NCBI GenBank assembly: GCA_002633005.1
Contig: NMRA01000172.1
Location: forward strand, 489,303-553,302
Origin: Phoronis australis
Taxonomy: Eukaryota > Animalia > Phoronida
Length of the DNA: 64,000 nt
Reading direction: 5' to 3'
Below are positions 27,701-51,651 of the stretch, one piece after another. Below the pieces are notes generated by a model that worked only from the letters and a program-made list of their open reading frames with translations, ran no database searches and had not been told where the DNA came from. Numbering within the stretch: position 1 is the first letter of the stretch; each line of letters starts with the position of its first letter. A program made the translations under genes and the position numbers.

Positions 27701-28095
27701 GACTAAATCGATTTTCATTTTTAGCCAGCTAAATAGCCAAACGTAGTTATAGAAGTGTATGCGGAACAGTGGAACCTCGTAGTTCAGAAAAAATAGAGTT
27801 TTAACTTTGAAATGTGTGTGTGGGTATCCTACATTGCCTGATGACTAACACCTGCCAGAATATTCTCGACCTCGCCACCTAGTATCCCTTGCTCGACGTC
27901 TCATCTTCTGGCAGACGAAAGACAGGAGAAACTTTCCACCTTAGTATATTTTTCAGATCCCCCACGAGTAAATCTATACTCGGCGAAGATCGGCTGTATT
28001 TCCTGCGGAGTTTTCCCGCGCTTTTCATGTCAGTCTACCGCGTCGTCAAGGGAAGTGAGTGGGCAATGAAAATGAGCTTCAGCAAGTTTTTCTAA
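6774..28095 (+). CDS. RNase L/IRE1-like multidomain protein (ankyrin repeats, helical/coiled-coil/disordered insert, pseudokinase, KEN domain), ~1636 aa, 16 coding exons
   Basis: Phase-consistent GT-AG exons: 6774-6968, 8371-8472, 11253-11357, 14097-14195, 14929-15027, 15154-15264, 15392-18435 (alternative donor 18426), 19878-20034, 21675-21866, 22028-22133, 22955-23052, 23482-23675, 23925-24008, 25177-25246, 25540-25655, 27957-28095; total 4911 nt, ending TAA. Five phase-0 ankyrin exons (e.g. KGYTAIHLAAERQWESCVNMLICGGAD). Pre-kinase motif WVPKSQRW (cf. RNase L WKPQSSHW). Kinase motifs YLGILEDGTEISVRR, LAIELCEYNLEEYI, QRNLKPQNILL, KSDIQVAGMLVHYILTGGVHPYG, HPFFW. KEN motifs YKNNVADFLRFIVN and YFLRSFPALFMSVY. 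The first exon is the least certain. Confidence 0.88.
8371..15264 (+). CDS. Ankyrin-repeat exons (five repeats, one per exon) of the RNase L-like gene
   Basis: Phase-0 exons of 99-111 nt: FGMPALCLVSSIGHEESVKKLLHAGADVN, EGNNAFMVAVSTGDAHPVNLLWQY, KGYTAIHLAAERQWESCVNMLICGGAD, DGSTALIIATKKGDKKTVERLLAASASVD, ESATALCYAIRDKKCDLVDLLM. Confidence 0.9.
9964..10120. mobile_element. Short non-autonomous element with GC-rich imperfect TIRs
   Basis: caggggcgaatccaga ... ctaaatctgccact with G and C runs. A similar right end (tagatctgccactg) occurs near 35017-35030. Confidence 0.5.
10130..10400 (-). mobile_element. Penelope-like element, C-terminal fragment of the GIY-YIG endonuclease
   Basis: SHLNRARHDFETKDVVISDWGDYCFSEEVKGTLHERVEKPALNK resembles the PLE endonuclease tail (HL..H.F...DV.ILD.E..WF.RGVKEAI.....KP.LN). 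Confidence 0.6.
11548..11670 (+). mobile_element. Degenerate THAP zinc-finger fragment, DNA-transposon derived
   Basis: SCMLRCLNG.CFTIPKDVEIRKRWVVDIRRDEG matches the THAP pattern C..C...F.FP.D...R..W...IRR. No intact transposase follows. Confidence 0.55.
13016..13160. mobile_element. MITE-like element, same family as 33724-33867 in opposite orientation
   Basis: Reverse-complement similarity over ~145 bp, including ggcaatatctcacgtaatctc. Confidence 0.7.
15392..18435 (+). CDS. Giant 3.0-kb internal exon of the RNase L-like gene
   Basis: Matches the 1010-aa ORF at 15407-18439. Acceptor ttgacag ends at 15391; donor gtaaga starts at 18436. In frame with the flanking ankyrin and kinase exons. Confidence 0.88.
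19878..24008 (+). CDS. Pseudokinase-domain exons (RNase L/IRE1 family)
   Basis: Kinase subdomains are recognisable in order across six exons. VAVK reads ISVR, HRD reads QRN, DFG reads DYN, APE reads PKE; the domain ends RHPFFW. Confidence 0.88.
25177..28095 (+). CDS. KEN (kinase-extension nuclease) domain exons
   Basis: Spliced sequence SERLNNVSFQAVSRDW|MSQIDELLLEEMRTHRNYKNNVADFLRFIVNCQTQYKNL|SPTSKSILGEDRLYFLRSFPALFMSVYRVVKGSEW aligns by eye to the RNase L/IRE1 RNase domain. Confidence 0.85.
26100..27510 (-). mobile_element. Decayed LINE RT fragment (CR1/L2-like) in the last intron of the RNase L-like gene
   Basis: Minus-strand DLKKAFDTVDHGILLRKL, HQSGF, a degenerate GVP..GSILG and SDDT (from YADDT); many frameshifts. 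Confidence 0.85.
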
Positions 28096-28523
28096 GCACC
28101 ACGCCAGCTATAGATGTTCGCAAAGTCACCAACAGATATAGCTAAGAAGGCACGGGCAGTGAACGTCTGAAATGATCCAGATAACACGTTACAGGAAGCC
28201 TAAACACAGGCGGTACGTTGCCCAGAGAGTGGAGTGTACTTCACACCATCCTCACCAACAGAGGACAGCACATTCAAGCACATCTGTGATATTTTATTTC
28301 AGAGCTATTGCATTTTTGCTATTGTATACACACGTGTATTTACAATTCGTTTAGCGATTATAGAAGAAACGTTAAAACACTCTCGTTTTCTCTGATCACT
28401 TACTATCATTTCAATAATACAGTATAGGATATCCTCCGGCTGATCTGTAGATAGGCGAACACTTTTCTTCTCTGGCAGCATGTTTCATCTGCACTATTGT
28501 GATCGCAGAAAAGGTAACTAGTT

Positions 28524-29686
28524 TTAATCAGTTTGCTTTTCACAGATGTATCCCATGCCAATCGAACAGTCACGCTGTATCCATGCGCCAGTCGTCGCGT
28601 TGAGCGCTACGCAGACATACTGTTGGCCTTCACTTCTGTTCGCGCCCCGAAGTTCTGAAGCATCTGAAACATATTATCTCACCATTGAAAATCCGCAAGT
28701 CATTTTAAAGAAAATCGAGAGTTCATTTTATATAAGAATCGTGGTGTTTTCCAACCCACAAATCTAGTAACAGGTACAAGTTTAGTAATTGCAACAATCT
28801 CGCCAGTTTGATACCGTTGAAGTTAATTGCGTTTCTCGATAGAGTTTCAAGTTTAAACTGATCTCAAAATTGCATGATGTTATTTCATGAAAGGGGTAAA
28901 AATGAAACGTCTAATCTGCCAATTTGACTTTCTTGCTACCGAAATAAAACACCGGTTATGATTTTGTTTCATCCAAGTTAACAAGATAATCTTCTTTACT
29001 ACTAATTTGTAGAAGTTGCCGTTACCGTTTGCCCAGTTAGTGAAGATAACGTCATCACCAGTGTTGTCCCATTTAAATTGACTACTGCTGCTTGTTTTGC
29101 TTGCTCCAATCCACAAGCTCGCCACCTTCAGGCTTTCTTCGGCATTACTGACCATCGCCTTTAGAGTGGCCTTCAAATATCTTTGCTCTTTTCCATTGTT
29201 GATGTTAACCAAGTATCCCCCTGATTTCATACAATAAATTGATGCCAGTGACCTGTCCGAGACTGAATCAACAATCATGTAACACGACCCGGAAAAGAGG
29301 GTGTACCCCCAAGAACAGGTTGGTGCCGGTGTTGTGGGTATGACTGCTTGTAGCGAGTTGGCCGCTACCTGACACACGCGTCTGGTTTGATGACAGCACT
29401 TCTTGTTCCTTGCCATGCTCAAAGACACCCTTCTCTTTATCGTCTCCAAGCTGTCGCGAACGTAGCTGTGAAATGCATTGAGGTCGCGTTCCATATTCTG
29501 TAGTCGTGCGTCAATTTTGGACAGAGCCAGTGCATTCCTTTCGTTTAGATCTCTTGCTTCTGAGTCTGTCGGCCTAGCCACTGAGTCAGCTTCAGTAATA
29601 GGAATTACCTCTGATTTTACTCCGTCATAAAGGAACACAAACACGATCCAGAAGGACGACATTCTACCCGCGTTGAACAGTTTCAT
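28524..29686 (-). CDS. Secreted coiled-coil + C-type lectin domain protein, paralogue 1 (~266 aa)
   Basis: Exons 29026-29686 and 28524-28663. Hydrophobic signal peptide and heptad neck (LSKIDARLQNMERDL). CTLD motifs CSWGYTLFSGSCY, YCMKSGGYLVNI, LWIGA, FKWD, FTNW, CVAL...WIQRDCSIGMGYICEK. Confidence 0.9.
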
Positions 29687-31879
29687 GGTGAGCAGGCGCT
29701 TAGTTTGACTGTGCGCTGGTTGTGTGTCAACTCAAAGTTATCTTCCCGAACTCAGCTCCTCAATAAATCATGTACCTGTTTATATGAGAGCAGACGTGAA
29801 CTCTTTGTTTTGAAAATAAACATTTCTTTATCCCGTGACATTGAATTCTGCTCTTTCAGACGTCCTCGATTGTTATGAAAATCAAGTGATTATGCAACTT
29901 TAGGCCGCCTGCTGTGAATCGGGTGCTTTGCAGGATTTGATCTTCTGAAGAAATTGCAATTATGAGTTCAGTTGGACTTATATTGGTTAAAATGTTATCG
30001 GTGAAAACTTTTCCACGTCTCTTGACTGAGGTTTGCCCTGCCCAAGGCCTACATATTCGAACGGTCGCACGGTAGCTAATATTTGAACGCATACCTAATT
30101 TTGAAGTTCGCCATGGTATTGGAGAAATAGATTACGTAGCGGGACGATCAGGGCAATTCAGAGATTGCTGATCCCAATTTCACGTCCCTTGTTGCTATAG
30201 GAATGCGAAAATGTAAACACGATCACTTCAGTATCAGATTTTGTTGTCTGATCAAACACTAACCAAGAACATTGCAAAATTACGTTATTTCACGCTCAAA
30301 TAACTCGAACATTTTTAACTGGATTTCAATAACAGTGAGCGCGCACTGTAACGTAGGAATGGATGCCGTACACACTTATATGTATTGGCAAACATCCTGC
30401 TGAAGATAAACAGAAAGTGCTTTGGCAGCCCTCCTAGACAATACAAGCACGTTTATTCTTGGGGCAGGCGATGACCGGCCACTGATAACTGACTGGTTTT
30501 GGTTCAGCAGCGTATACAAGTTGTCAGCTGTGACCCCGCTGACCCAGCCATCACTCTCATTTACTGTAGATAGGGAATTTCAAAGGTTCCAGTTATTGAT
30601 GATTTATATTAAATACTTAAGAAGTAGTGCTCTGGAGACAATGATTTCGGGCTCACACAGCAAGTGCAAGTTACATGTACTTGTGTCTAGCTTCATGGTC
30701 TACGAATTCTTTTTTGAAACTAATTCAAGTTACAAGCGACAACTCTTGCTTCTTTTGTGGACAAACTAAAGACACTTCGAAGCACTGATTTTGGGGCCAG
30801 TGTGGAAGAGTGAACGTATTTTGGACAACGGTAAAATAAAATGAAACTTTAAACAAAGGAAATTCTTCGTGAGTTGGCACTCCCTTTTACAACAATATTA
30901 TCCCGAACTTTTCTGACCAATGATAAACTTAAAAACATCATTTTACTTTTTGGCAAACAGTAATTTATGTATTGTCAGAAATTAGTTTCGAAAAGATTCA
31001 TTGTGCTCTTAAGCGCCTTTATCAAGTCCATCGAGTAGTGCTCGTAAAAAATCTAAATTTTAATCTTTTAGAAAAGAGATGATGTAACATTGAAATTATT
31101 TTTCTAAGTAACCAGCATGATTAGGTGAATATTTGCGTGAGCGCGTGCATGCATGTGTTAATGTGTGTGTCCTTTTGTAAATGTTGACTTTTTCAATAAA
31201 TGCATAAAAAATTATTGTCATGTACGGCACCTCTTCCATTTTATGGGATTTTCGTGGGTAATGAGATACACACACAAAAGATTACGCGATAACGGTCTCA
31301 CAGAGTAGCATCGTCACAGAGCCGATGTAGAGGTACCGGTTAATCTGCATAGAACGTTTCAAGCAACCAGTAGCTTTGCTAGAAACATAGTTTATCCAAA
31401 ATCAACCGAGCCTACATGCTGCATATGGCGCGTTACATGTATATACCGAGGACTGCGACGAGTACCATTGTACTCAAGTTCCGTGTACCAACCGGGGACA
31501 GCTCAAACAAGCACAACCGTGAATGTAAATTTATTTCAAATTTACATTGTAGTTAACATGTAATTCTAAACACACGCTTTTTTAAAATTCGTATCATGTG
31601 CGCCCCCCTTTGGCGAAATAGGCAAAAAGGTCCTCCTCAGACGCTCGGTACGAGCATGCGTATGGTTATAACATTCGTATTTTCAATCATCTGAAACGTT
31701 AATTTCTTGACAAACTAGCTGGGACAATAACAAAGATAAGGCGTGTAGCAACGAGAGCAAGCGGTTCTTCTGTAACCCGCGCATGCACACGAGCACTACA
31801 TTGTCAACACCAATGCTTTAATACTAGTTGATATGATTTCATCTGCGCTATCTCGATCGTACAGAAAGTTGCGACAGGT

Positions 31880-32964
31880 TTAATCAGTCTGCTTTTCACA
31901 TATGTACCCCATGCCAGTGGAACAGTCACGTTGGATCCATTCGCCATTCGTAGCGTTAAGCGCCACACAGATATTGTTCCTGTTCGCTCTAGGAAGTTCA
32001 GAGGCACCTGAAACAAATATACACACCATTTAATGCGGCAGTCGTCAACAAAACTGATATTTAACTTCGACTACAAAATAGCCTACATAACTGTCGCTCT
32101 AACACTGGTCTCGACTTGCAGGTCTTTTACTCAGAGATGACTGTGTGTTTTGGACTTAATTTCAACGAACAGATAGTTCGCCATTGTTCGATACCATGCT
32201 CGCTGAAAAAACTGACGTGCCGTGACAAGTCATTTTGTGGAGCCTAATATCGAACTGTTAGATCTTTGTAACCCAAAAATGGTCTTGTTTATAATAATTA
32301 CTGTACCTTTTGCCCAGTTAGTGAAGGTTACGTTATCGCCAGTTCTGTCCCACTTAAATTCACCGTCTCTGCTCGTTTTGCTTGCTCCAATCCACAAGCT
32401 TGTTGCTTTCAGTGTTTCTTCGGAATTTCTGGCCATTGCTTTTATGGTAGTTTTCAAAAATCTTTGCTCTCCTCGCTCGTTTACGTTTACCAGGTGACCC
32501 CCTTCCTTCATACACATAATGGATCCTAGCTGCCAGCTTGAGTAGGTATCAACGATTTTATAGCAGGAACCAGAGAAAAGGGTGTACCCCCAATAATTAC
32601 AAGTTGGTGCCGGTGTTGTGGGTATGACTGCTTGTAGCGAGTTGGCCGCTTCCTGACACACGCGTCTGGTTTGGTGACAGCACTTCTTGTTCCTTGCCAT
32701 GCTCAAAGACACCTTTCTCTTTATCGTCTCCAAGCTGTCGCGAACGTAGCTGTGAAATGCACTGAGGTCGCGTTCCATATTCTGTAGTCGTGCGCCAATA
32801 TCGGATTGTGGCAATGCATTCATTTCGTGTACTTCTTTTGCTTGTATCTGTGTCGGTCTGGTCACTGAATCAGCTTCAGCAATAGGAATTACCTCTGAAT
32901 TTATTACGCCATTAAGGCACACAAACGCGATCCAGAAACACATTCTTCTGCTAAACATTTCCAT
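31880..32964 (-). CDS. Secreted coiled-coil + C-type lectin domain protein, paralogue 2 (~261 aa)
   Basis: Exons 32307-32964 and 31880-32007, with the same phase-1 intron after FTNWA. Motifs LWIGA and CVALNATNGEWIQRDCSTGMGYICEKQTD. Confidence 0.9.
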
Positions 32965-33723
32965 AGTGCACTGGAAAGCTAGCAAGCGCTTCGTTTGACT
33001 GTGCCTTGGCTATGTGTGAGCTTAAAAAGCTGCCAAACGGTTATCTCCCCGAGCTCGGTTAGCTCCGCAATACATGTTGGTCACTAACAACATTTTGTCA
33101 AGACATAAACGCTTAGCATTAAAGTAAACAATTCCTAGTTTTCTTACGTTGTTTATCCTTGTCTTTCAAACCTCCTCGATTGTTATGAAACACATCTGAT
33201 GACGCAAATGTAGACCACCTGCTGTGAATGGCGTGCCGCACAGATTGGGATAGCAGAGGTATTTTTGGTGTGGAAAAGTAAGCAATTTTCTTTGATGCCA
33301 CAATGATCCGTGGGTATCCCGGCACCTAGGAAATGGCCACGTCCTGACAGGTTCGCCCTGGTGGGTGTCAGTGGCCAGGGGAGCCAGGAGAATGGCACTC
33401 AAAATTCGAGTTAGATCAACTTTTCTGGTAACCACTTAAAAATCCCAGCGACACCTACTACATGTAGGTCTACTCAGTTCACTGTATGATCCACAGCCAG
33501 ATAATTTCAATGGTGGGGAATTGAACATCAGCCAGCAGCCGGACGGACGGTTTTAACCGTTTGGCCAAAAGTTGAGCTAAATCAACCCAAGAGGTAGCCA
33601 CCTGAAACTGGTTACAAATTATTCAACATAGACCAATGTATTATGAACGGACACCCAGACAAGTTCAGTGGTGGATTACCCTTCGCCAGGCACGCCCGAA
33701 TCTCCGGTTCGGAAACCGGCCTC

Positions 33724-33867
33724 CGTTCAGTAACGCTAGGACCTCGCTAAAAAGCAAGACTTCCGAGATTACGTGAGATATTGCCGTGCATTTCAAATGA
33801 GAACACGTGACTAGGTTTTAGCTTAGGGTCCTAGCTTAGGTCCTAGCGTCTACTGAACGCACGCCAG
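33724..33867. mobile_element. MITE-like element with ~21-bp terminal inverted repeats
   Basis: cgttcagtaacgctaggacct ... aggtcctagcgtctactgaacg. An inverted, diverged copy lies at ~13016-13160. Confidence 0.7.
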
Positions 33868-35292
33868 TTGCATAACAATCCAAAGTCACGTATTCCACGT
33901 GGCGCAGCAATTACATGTCAGACAATTTCAGTGGTGGGGTGTCGGCCTTCCAGATTATATATAATGGGGTCCGAAATTTAAGTGTTAGAAATTACAAAGT
34001 CACTACTATCCGCCCATTACGTACATTGTGCCAACTGGTCAAATCACGTGGCGGGAAACCAAAAATATCACAAATTTTTCTTTAAACTTCAAAATTACTC
34101 AATTATTTCCTACAATAAGTGCTTGTTTCATTGGTTAGATTTTTAGTTTCAACATATACACGGTCTAAAATCTCAAAAAGTGCAAAAATCCTTTGTAGTA
34201 ACGCTTTACACCAGTTGAAAAGACTTTCTCTATCACTATCACGATAGCACGGAAAATTGTGTCAAGTTTAAATCCGCCGGCTGCTCATGTCAGATAAATA
34301 ATCACGTTGGAGCTATTTGCCATTCGTCGTGTTAGGCGCCACGCATAAACTTGTTGATCTTTTCGCCCTACTAGTTTCTGGGGCACCTCGCCATTTAAAG
34401 CTGCCCCAATAAACTCTCGTTACATCAACTGTTGCTGTTGACTTAACAGCAATCTCGCTATGATATTGGTCTCACCTTCGGCTTGCTTCTTACTCTGATG
34501 ATGTTTGGTTTTTGGACTTGCAAAAACTAACAGTTCGTCCCCATGTTTGAGACCATGATCGACGAACAAAATGACCTGCCGTAATAAGTCAACTGTTGGA
34601 ACCTTCAGAAATTACACTTACTTTGACCAAATCTTTGCTTTGACTAAAGAACAATTTGAAATCAGCTTTTGCGACGGTAAGTCGTACAATTTTGTTTTTG
34701 TTTCAGAAGGAGGTTTTATAACAGTTTTAAAACAAACCAAATAATAATTATGAAAAACTCCTATTGTGTCTAATCTACTAAACCTGAATCATTTCTGACT
34801 TTTGTACCAAAAGCCAGAGGGGGGTTCAGGGGTTTAACCCCCCGGACAGAATCAAAAATAAAAATTAGAAAAAAAACGTCTCCAGGAAAACGAAATCAGC
34901 TACAAAAGCCAAAAAACTGGAGGGGAAACCCTCTCTCGACCTCCCCGCTCGGCGGTACGCGCCTCGGATTGGCGCGAACCCNCCCCCCCTTCCCCCCAAC
35001 TCCATTACTGAAAACGTAGATCTGCCACTGAAAAGCCTACACATTACTTTAAAGACTTGCTTACTGGCTGACAAAACTGACATGTGCACTATCATCAAAA
35101 GGTTGAACAAATCAATTATCTGCAAATTTATCTTTTTACGAGTTCTAAATTGAAACATTAGTTAGTTTATTCAAAGATGTCACTCAAAATATAAGCATTT
35201 CGTAATTTTCAGCTCTTTTTGTGCTTCCTTTGTTTTGCTATTAATTTTTTGAAGTTTGTTGGGTTTCCGCGAAAACCCCGCCTATAAAGTAG

Positions 35293-35587
35293 NNNNNNNN
35301 NNNNNNNNNNNNNNNNNNNNNNNNNNNNNNNNNNNNNNNNNNNNNNNNNNNNNNNNNNNNNNNNNNNNNNNNNNNNNNNNNNNNNNNNNNNNNNNNNNNN
35401 NNNNNNNNNNNNNNNNNNNNNNNNNNNNNNNNNNNNNNNNNNNNNNNNNNNNNNNNNNNNNNNNNNNNNNNNNNNNNNNNNNNNNNNNNNNNNNNNNNNN
35501 NNNNNNNNNNNNNNNNNNNNNNNNNNNNNNNNNNNNNNNNNNNNNNNNNNNNNNNNNNNNNNNNNNNNNNNNNNNNNNNNNNNNNNN
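35293..35587. other. Assembly gap (N run)
   Basis: N run flanked on both sides by cccgcctataaagtag. Confidence 0.99.
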
Positions 35588-36644
35588 CCCCGCCTATAAA
35601 GTAGTGCCTCCTCTCCCTTGTGGCGTGCCGGGGTTGAACTGGTTGACCGATGTTTACTTATTCTAACTGTGACTCTTGTGAAAACGTGCTTTGTGTTATA
35701 AGCTGTCTATTGATTCTCAGGCAGTATATATAGAGGCGGCCGGAATAAGATTTTTTCGCGACTGGGATCAACGACACCAGAATGCACCTCTGGTCCTCCT
35801 GCTCGGCCATCAATTCATTGGTGCACAAACCGACACGCCATGACAAGAAAATTAAACTTGTAACTTCCTGAGCAATAACAAACTGACGAGTTCTTTCGAA
35901 GCCTAGGCATCGTTAAATTAAGTGACTGCGGGGAAAATTCGGACTACTTAATTTTATAACGGTAAGTTGTATAAACGAATTGTGGTGGAACGCATGTACT
36001 ACCATCATGCCTTTGATCGGCCAAAATTCAGTACTTAGTTCCTCCGCTCTGGTTCTTTTCTTTCTGGCGAAAGGCGGCTAGCGGCAATTTCGTATCGCAA
36101 ATCAATAGCTAATTGTGATTGTGTGCTTTTATGCAATGCATGGCGATGGAAAAAAATTGCCAATATATGGTTAGGATTCATGTTGTCAAAATCTTGATAC
36201 CTTTCAGTTTTTGGCAATAGTCTAGCTGATATATCGTGATATAGTTTGATGCCCGTTATTCAGTGGAGAAAAATGGTTCTCGAAATTCGGACACGTTATA
36301 TCAGAACATTACCCCTTTTCAATACCTTAACATACTTTTTACCAAAAAATGAGGTTCAGTGCCAACCAGTGCTACGTTGTCAAATAAAGTGTTCATTTAC
36401 TCTGTGTACTTAGTCTTGTCTTTTGTATTAATTCCTTCACATATTTGTCGATAATAGAATCTGCGTTAATGCTTTTGTTCACTGAACTGTCACATACACT
36501 AATGGAAAATAAGGATTACTTACTTTCTCGCGAAGACTGTTTTAGTCCAGTCACAGTGAGGCAACTGAGCCAACGCGACACGGAACATGCACCAGATGTC
36601 GCTTTTTAGAAGTTTCGGTCACATGACCCAGAAGTGTATCCAAA

Positions 36645-48949
<12,305 letters not shown>

Positions 48950-49280
48950 ACTTTTGGAACGTGAATGTATTTGATGTGAGTGCATCTCAGTGGTGTACGA
49001 CACAAGGATTCCTGCATGCGATAAGACAAAGAACCTTGCTGTTTTGTGTGTAGGTGTTTTGAACGAAACTTATCCCTTTGTGGGATCGTTGTGTAAAGAG
49101 AGAAAAGACGACAGTTTTTGCCTTTCTACGTATAACAATCGTGACTTATTCCTAATCTTAAAATTGTTCTTAAAAATTAACTGATAGCAAGATCAGATGA
49201 ATGTAAAATTAGGTTTATGTAGTACGTTTATTGCAGAAATGTTCATCATGTCAGAATTTATGTACTCGATTGTTGGTTGT

Positions 49281-49286
49281 AATAAA
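49281..49286 (+). terminator. Candidate VPS35 polyadenylation signal (AATAAA)
   Basis: AATAAA ~330 nt after the stop codon. Confidence 0.4.
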
Positions 49287-51651
49287 AATTGACATTCAGG
49301 ATTTAGTTCTGCCAGAGGCAAAGGAGAAAATTTAATTCACATAATTATATTCAGAAAGATTAGTTTTAAGTCACTAACATTTGACCTTAAAATTCCCCCA
49401 AACTGAAGAGAAATAAACATAAGCAATCCATGTGCTTCACCAAGTCATGGTGTAATCTTGTAAAGTTTAACCGACTAAATCACTGACAAAAATAATTTAA
49501 AAGATGGCTGGATTTATCTCCGCATTACAATGTATAGTTTTTTATGGCATATAGTATGGAAGCCAACACTAGCATATACTATCTTCCTAATATTACTGTG
49601 CATGTAAGGTAGTTGTCTTCTCTTGGCTTGGTTGCTAGAGTGCATAGTCAATGACCTGTCTCTATTTGATGGTGGTTGTTGTCACGGTGATTTTCTGTTC
49701 TAGCGCGACACGCTAATCTTTAAAAGTTCAGAATCTGTGAGTTTTTCATGTCAATTACTGTTTATTCACAACACTCCTGTCAGCATCATTTATTATTCTT
49801 TGAGCACTCTGCATACACTATGTTTTTTCTCTTCAAATCTTATTACATATTTTACACACTATGCTGTAATAATCATTCGTCTACCAGCCATCCACAACTG
49901 TATCATCAAAACCCCTTGATGGATATTCGTGAAATTTGGCAGACATGTTGCTATACAGATGGGACGGCACAAGTGAATTTTTTGGACTACCATTATACCC
50001 CCTAGTGGCATTTCTTTACATTGGTTCATATAATTATGTTAGTTCCTTCATGGTAATGTATTTAATATGGAGAAGCTGACATCTCCATTTCAGATGGATT
50101 TTATGTAATCTGTGCCTCCTAGTGGCCATTTTGGTGTCGTTTTGGCATCACTTCTCTATCTGCCAAACTGCTCAAAGGATCATTGTCATTGTGAAATCAC
50201 TAAGATGAGCACAGCTGGTGATGATTTTGAGACAGGTCGAACTACAGTAGCACCCTAGAGTATCAAACTTGTTTTTGCCTGGCTTATAAGTTCCTTGAAG
50301 GAGCTTCATGTCATTGGTTGCATGTGTTTCAGTCGAGTATGTCAGACATTGGTTTGATATTGGCAAGTCTTGTGACTTGTCTCCCAAGTGCCAATTTTGG
50401 TTTCCGTTGCATTTCTTTTAGCAAATTCTTTCATGGATGTTCACGAAATTTAGCAAAATACATTTCTACCGAAGAGACAACAGCACTCGTCTTGGTTCAG
50501 ACTGGACTTATGTTATGTGCCCCTACTGGACTTTTTTGTTTTGCGTTAGGATCTCTTGTTAAATTGCACTTGAAGCATTCTTTTGCAGTGCACTCATGGA
50601 CACATTCCATTGCTCTCGTACATTTTTTTAATCAAATATCATGGGTTGTGTGCAGACAAGTACATGTACACCAGTTCTACATTTATGGGCATCAGTGTGT
50701 TTGATGGGGCTGTAACCAATTAGACAGTTACTTTTCAAAGAAGGAGATTACCATCATGTAGTGCTCATCAAGAGCCTCATATTGCATAATATTGGTCATT
50801 TTAAAACCGTTTGCATCAGCATTTCAATGTAACCTATGCTACCAATACGACTCGGATTACTTTTTGTTATGAATCATTCATTTCACTGCAAGGTCTGCGA
50901 ACCCAGACCAGTTCACAGGAATCTGCATAACTTGCTGCATCATAATTCTACCTTCGTTTTTACCTGCTCTCACCTTTCCAAATTTTAGTTGACAACATTC
51001 TTGCAATCATGAGCATTAATATATAATTAATATCCCATAACTAATTAGTAAGAGATTAATAAACTGGAAAATATCAACAGTGAAGAAATAATTGCAGACA
51101 GTCTGGGACTTGTACCAGACGTGCACAAGCCGTTCATGTGGGCCCATTGCACTCATCACCTTGTGAAGGACAGCAATGTATTATTAATGCTTTCGTGAGT
51201 GCAATCGATGTAACGCAGTAAGGTCAATAAAAATATAATATATTTCATATCTTGAGCACAAGCTTGCCAAAGGACTATTAAAAATACAGTCCCATAACAC
51301 TGGATACCAGTGCAATTTGTCTAAGCATATCACAAAAACATTTTACTTGCAATGTGTGTTTATACAACCAACACAAAAGCTTATAAAAGAAACCAAACCA
51401 CAATTAAAGCACAGACATCATCAATACTGAATGTATAACATATTTCTATCTTATCACAAAAGTTTAACAAATGTAAACATGAATCTTCACACTAGTTTCT
51501 AAATTGCAAATATTAAAAGCAATTGCTTTTAGAAACCATGCTGTTGCATCCGTATGTGACCTGGATAGTGTACGCCTGAGTATACAATAAAACGGAAGTT
51601 ACAATTATAGTCCTCATCTTCACAGACTTCTGACTTCACAAGCTTCTAACT

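Noticed and set aside
6774-28095. Calling the gene IRE1/ERN1 or assigning the symbol RNASEL
   Set aside because: There is no luminal or transmembrane region for IRE1, and orthology to RNASEL cannot be established without a phylogeny.
35256-35666. 136-aa ORF
   Set aside because: Artefact of the N run.
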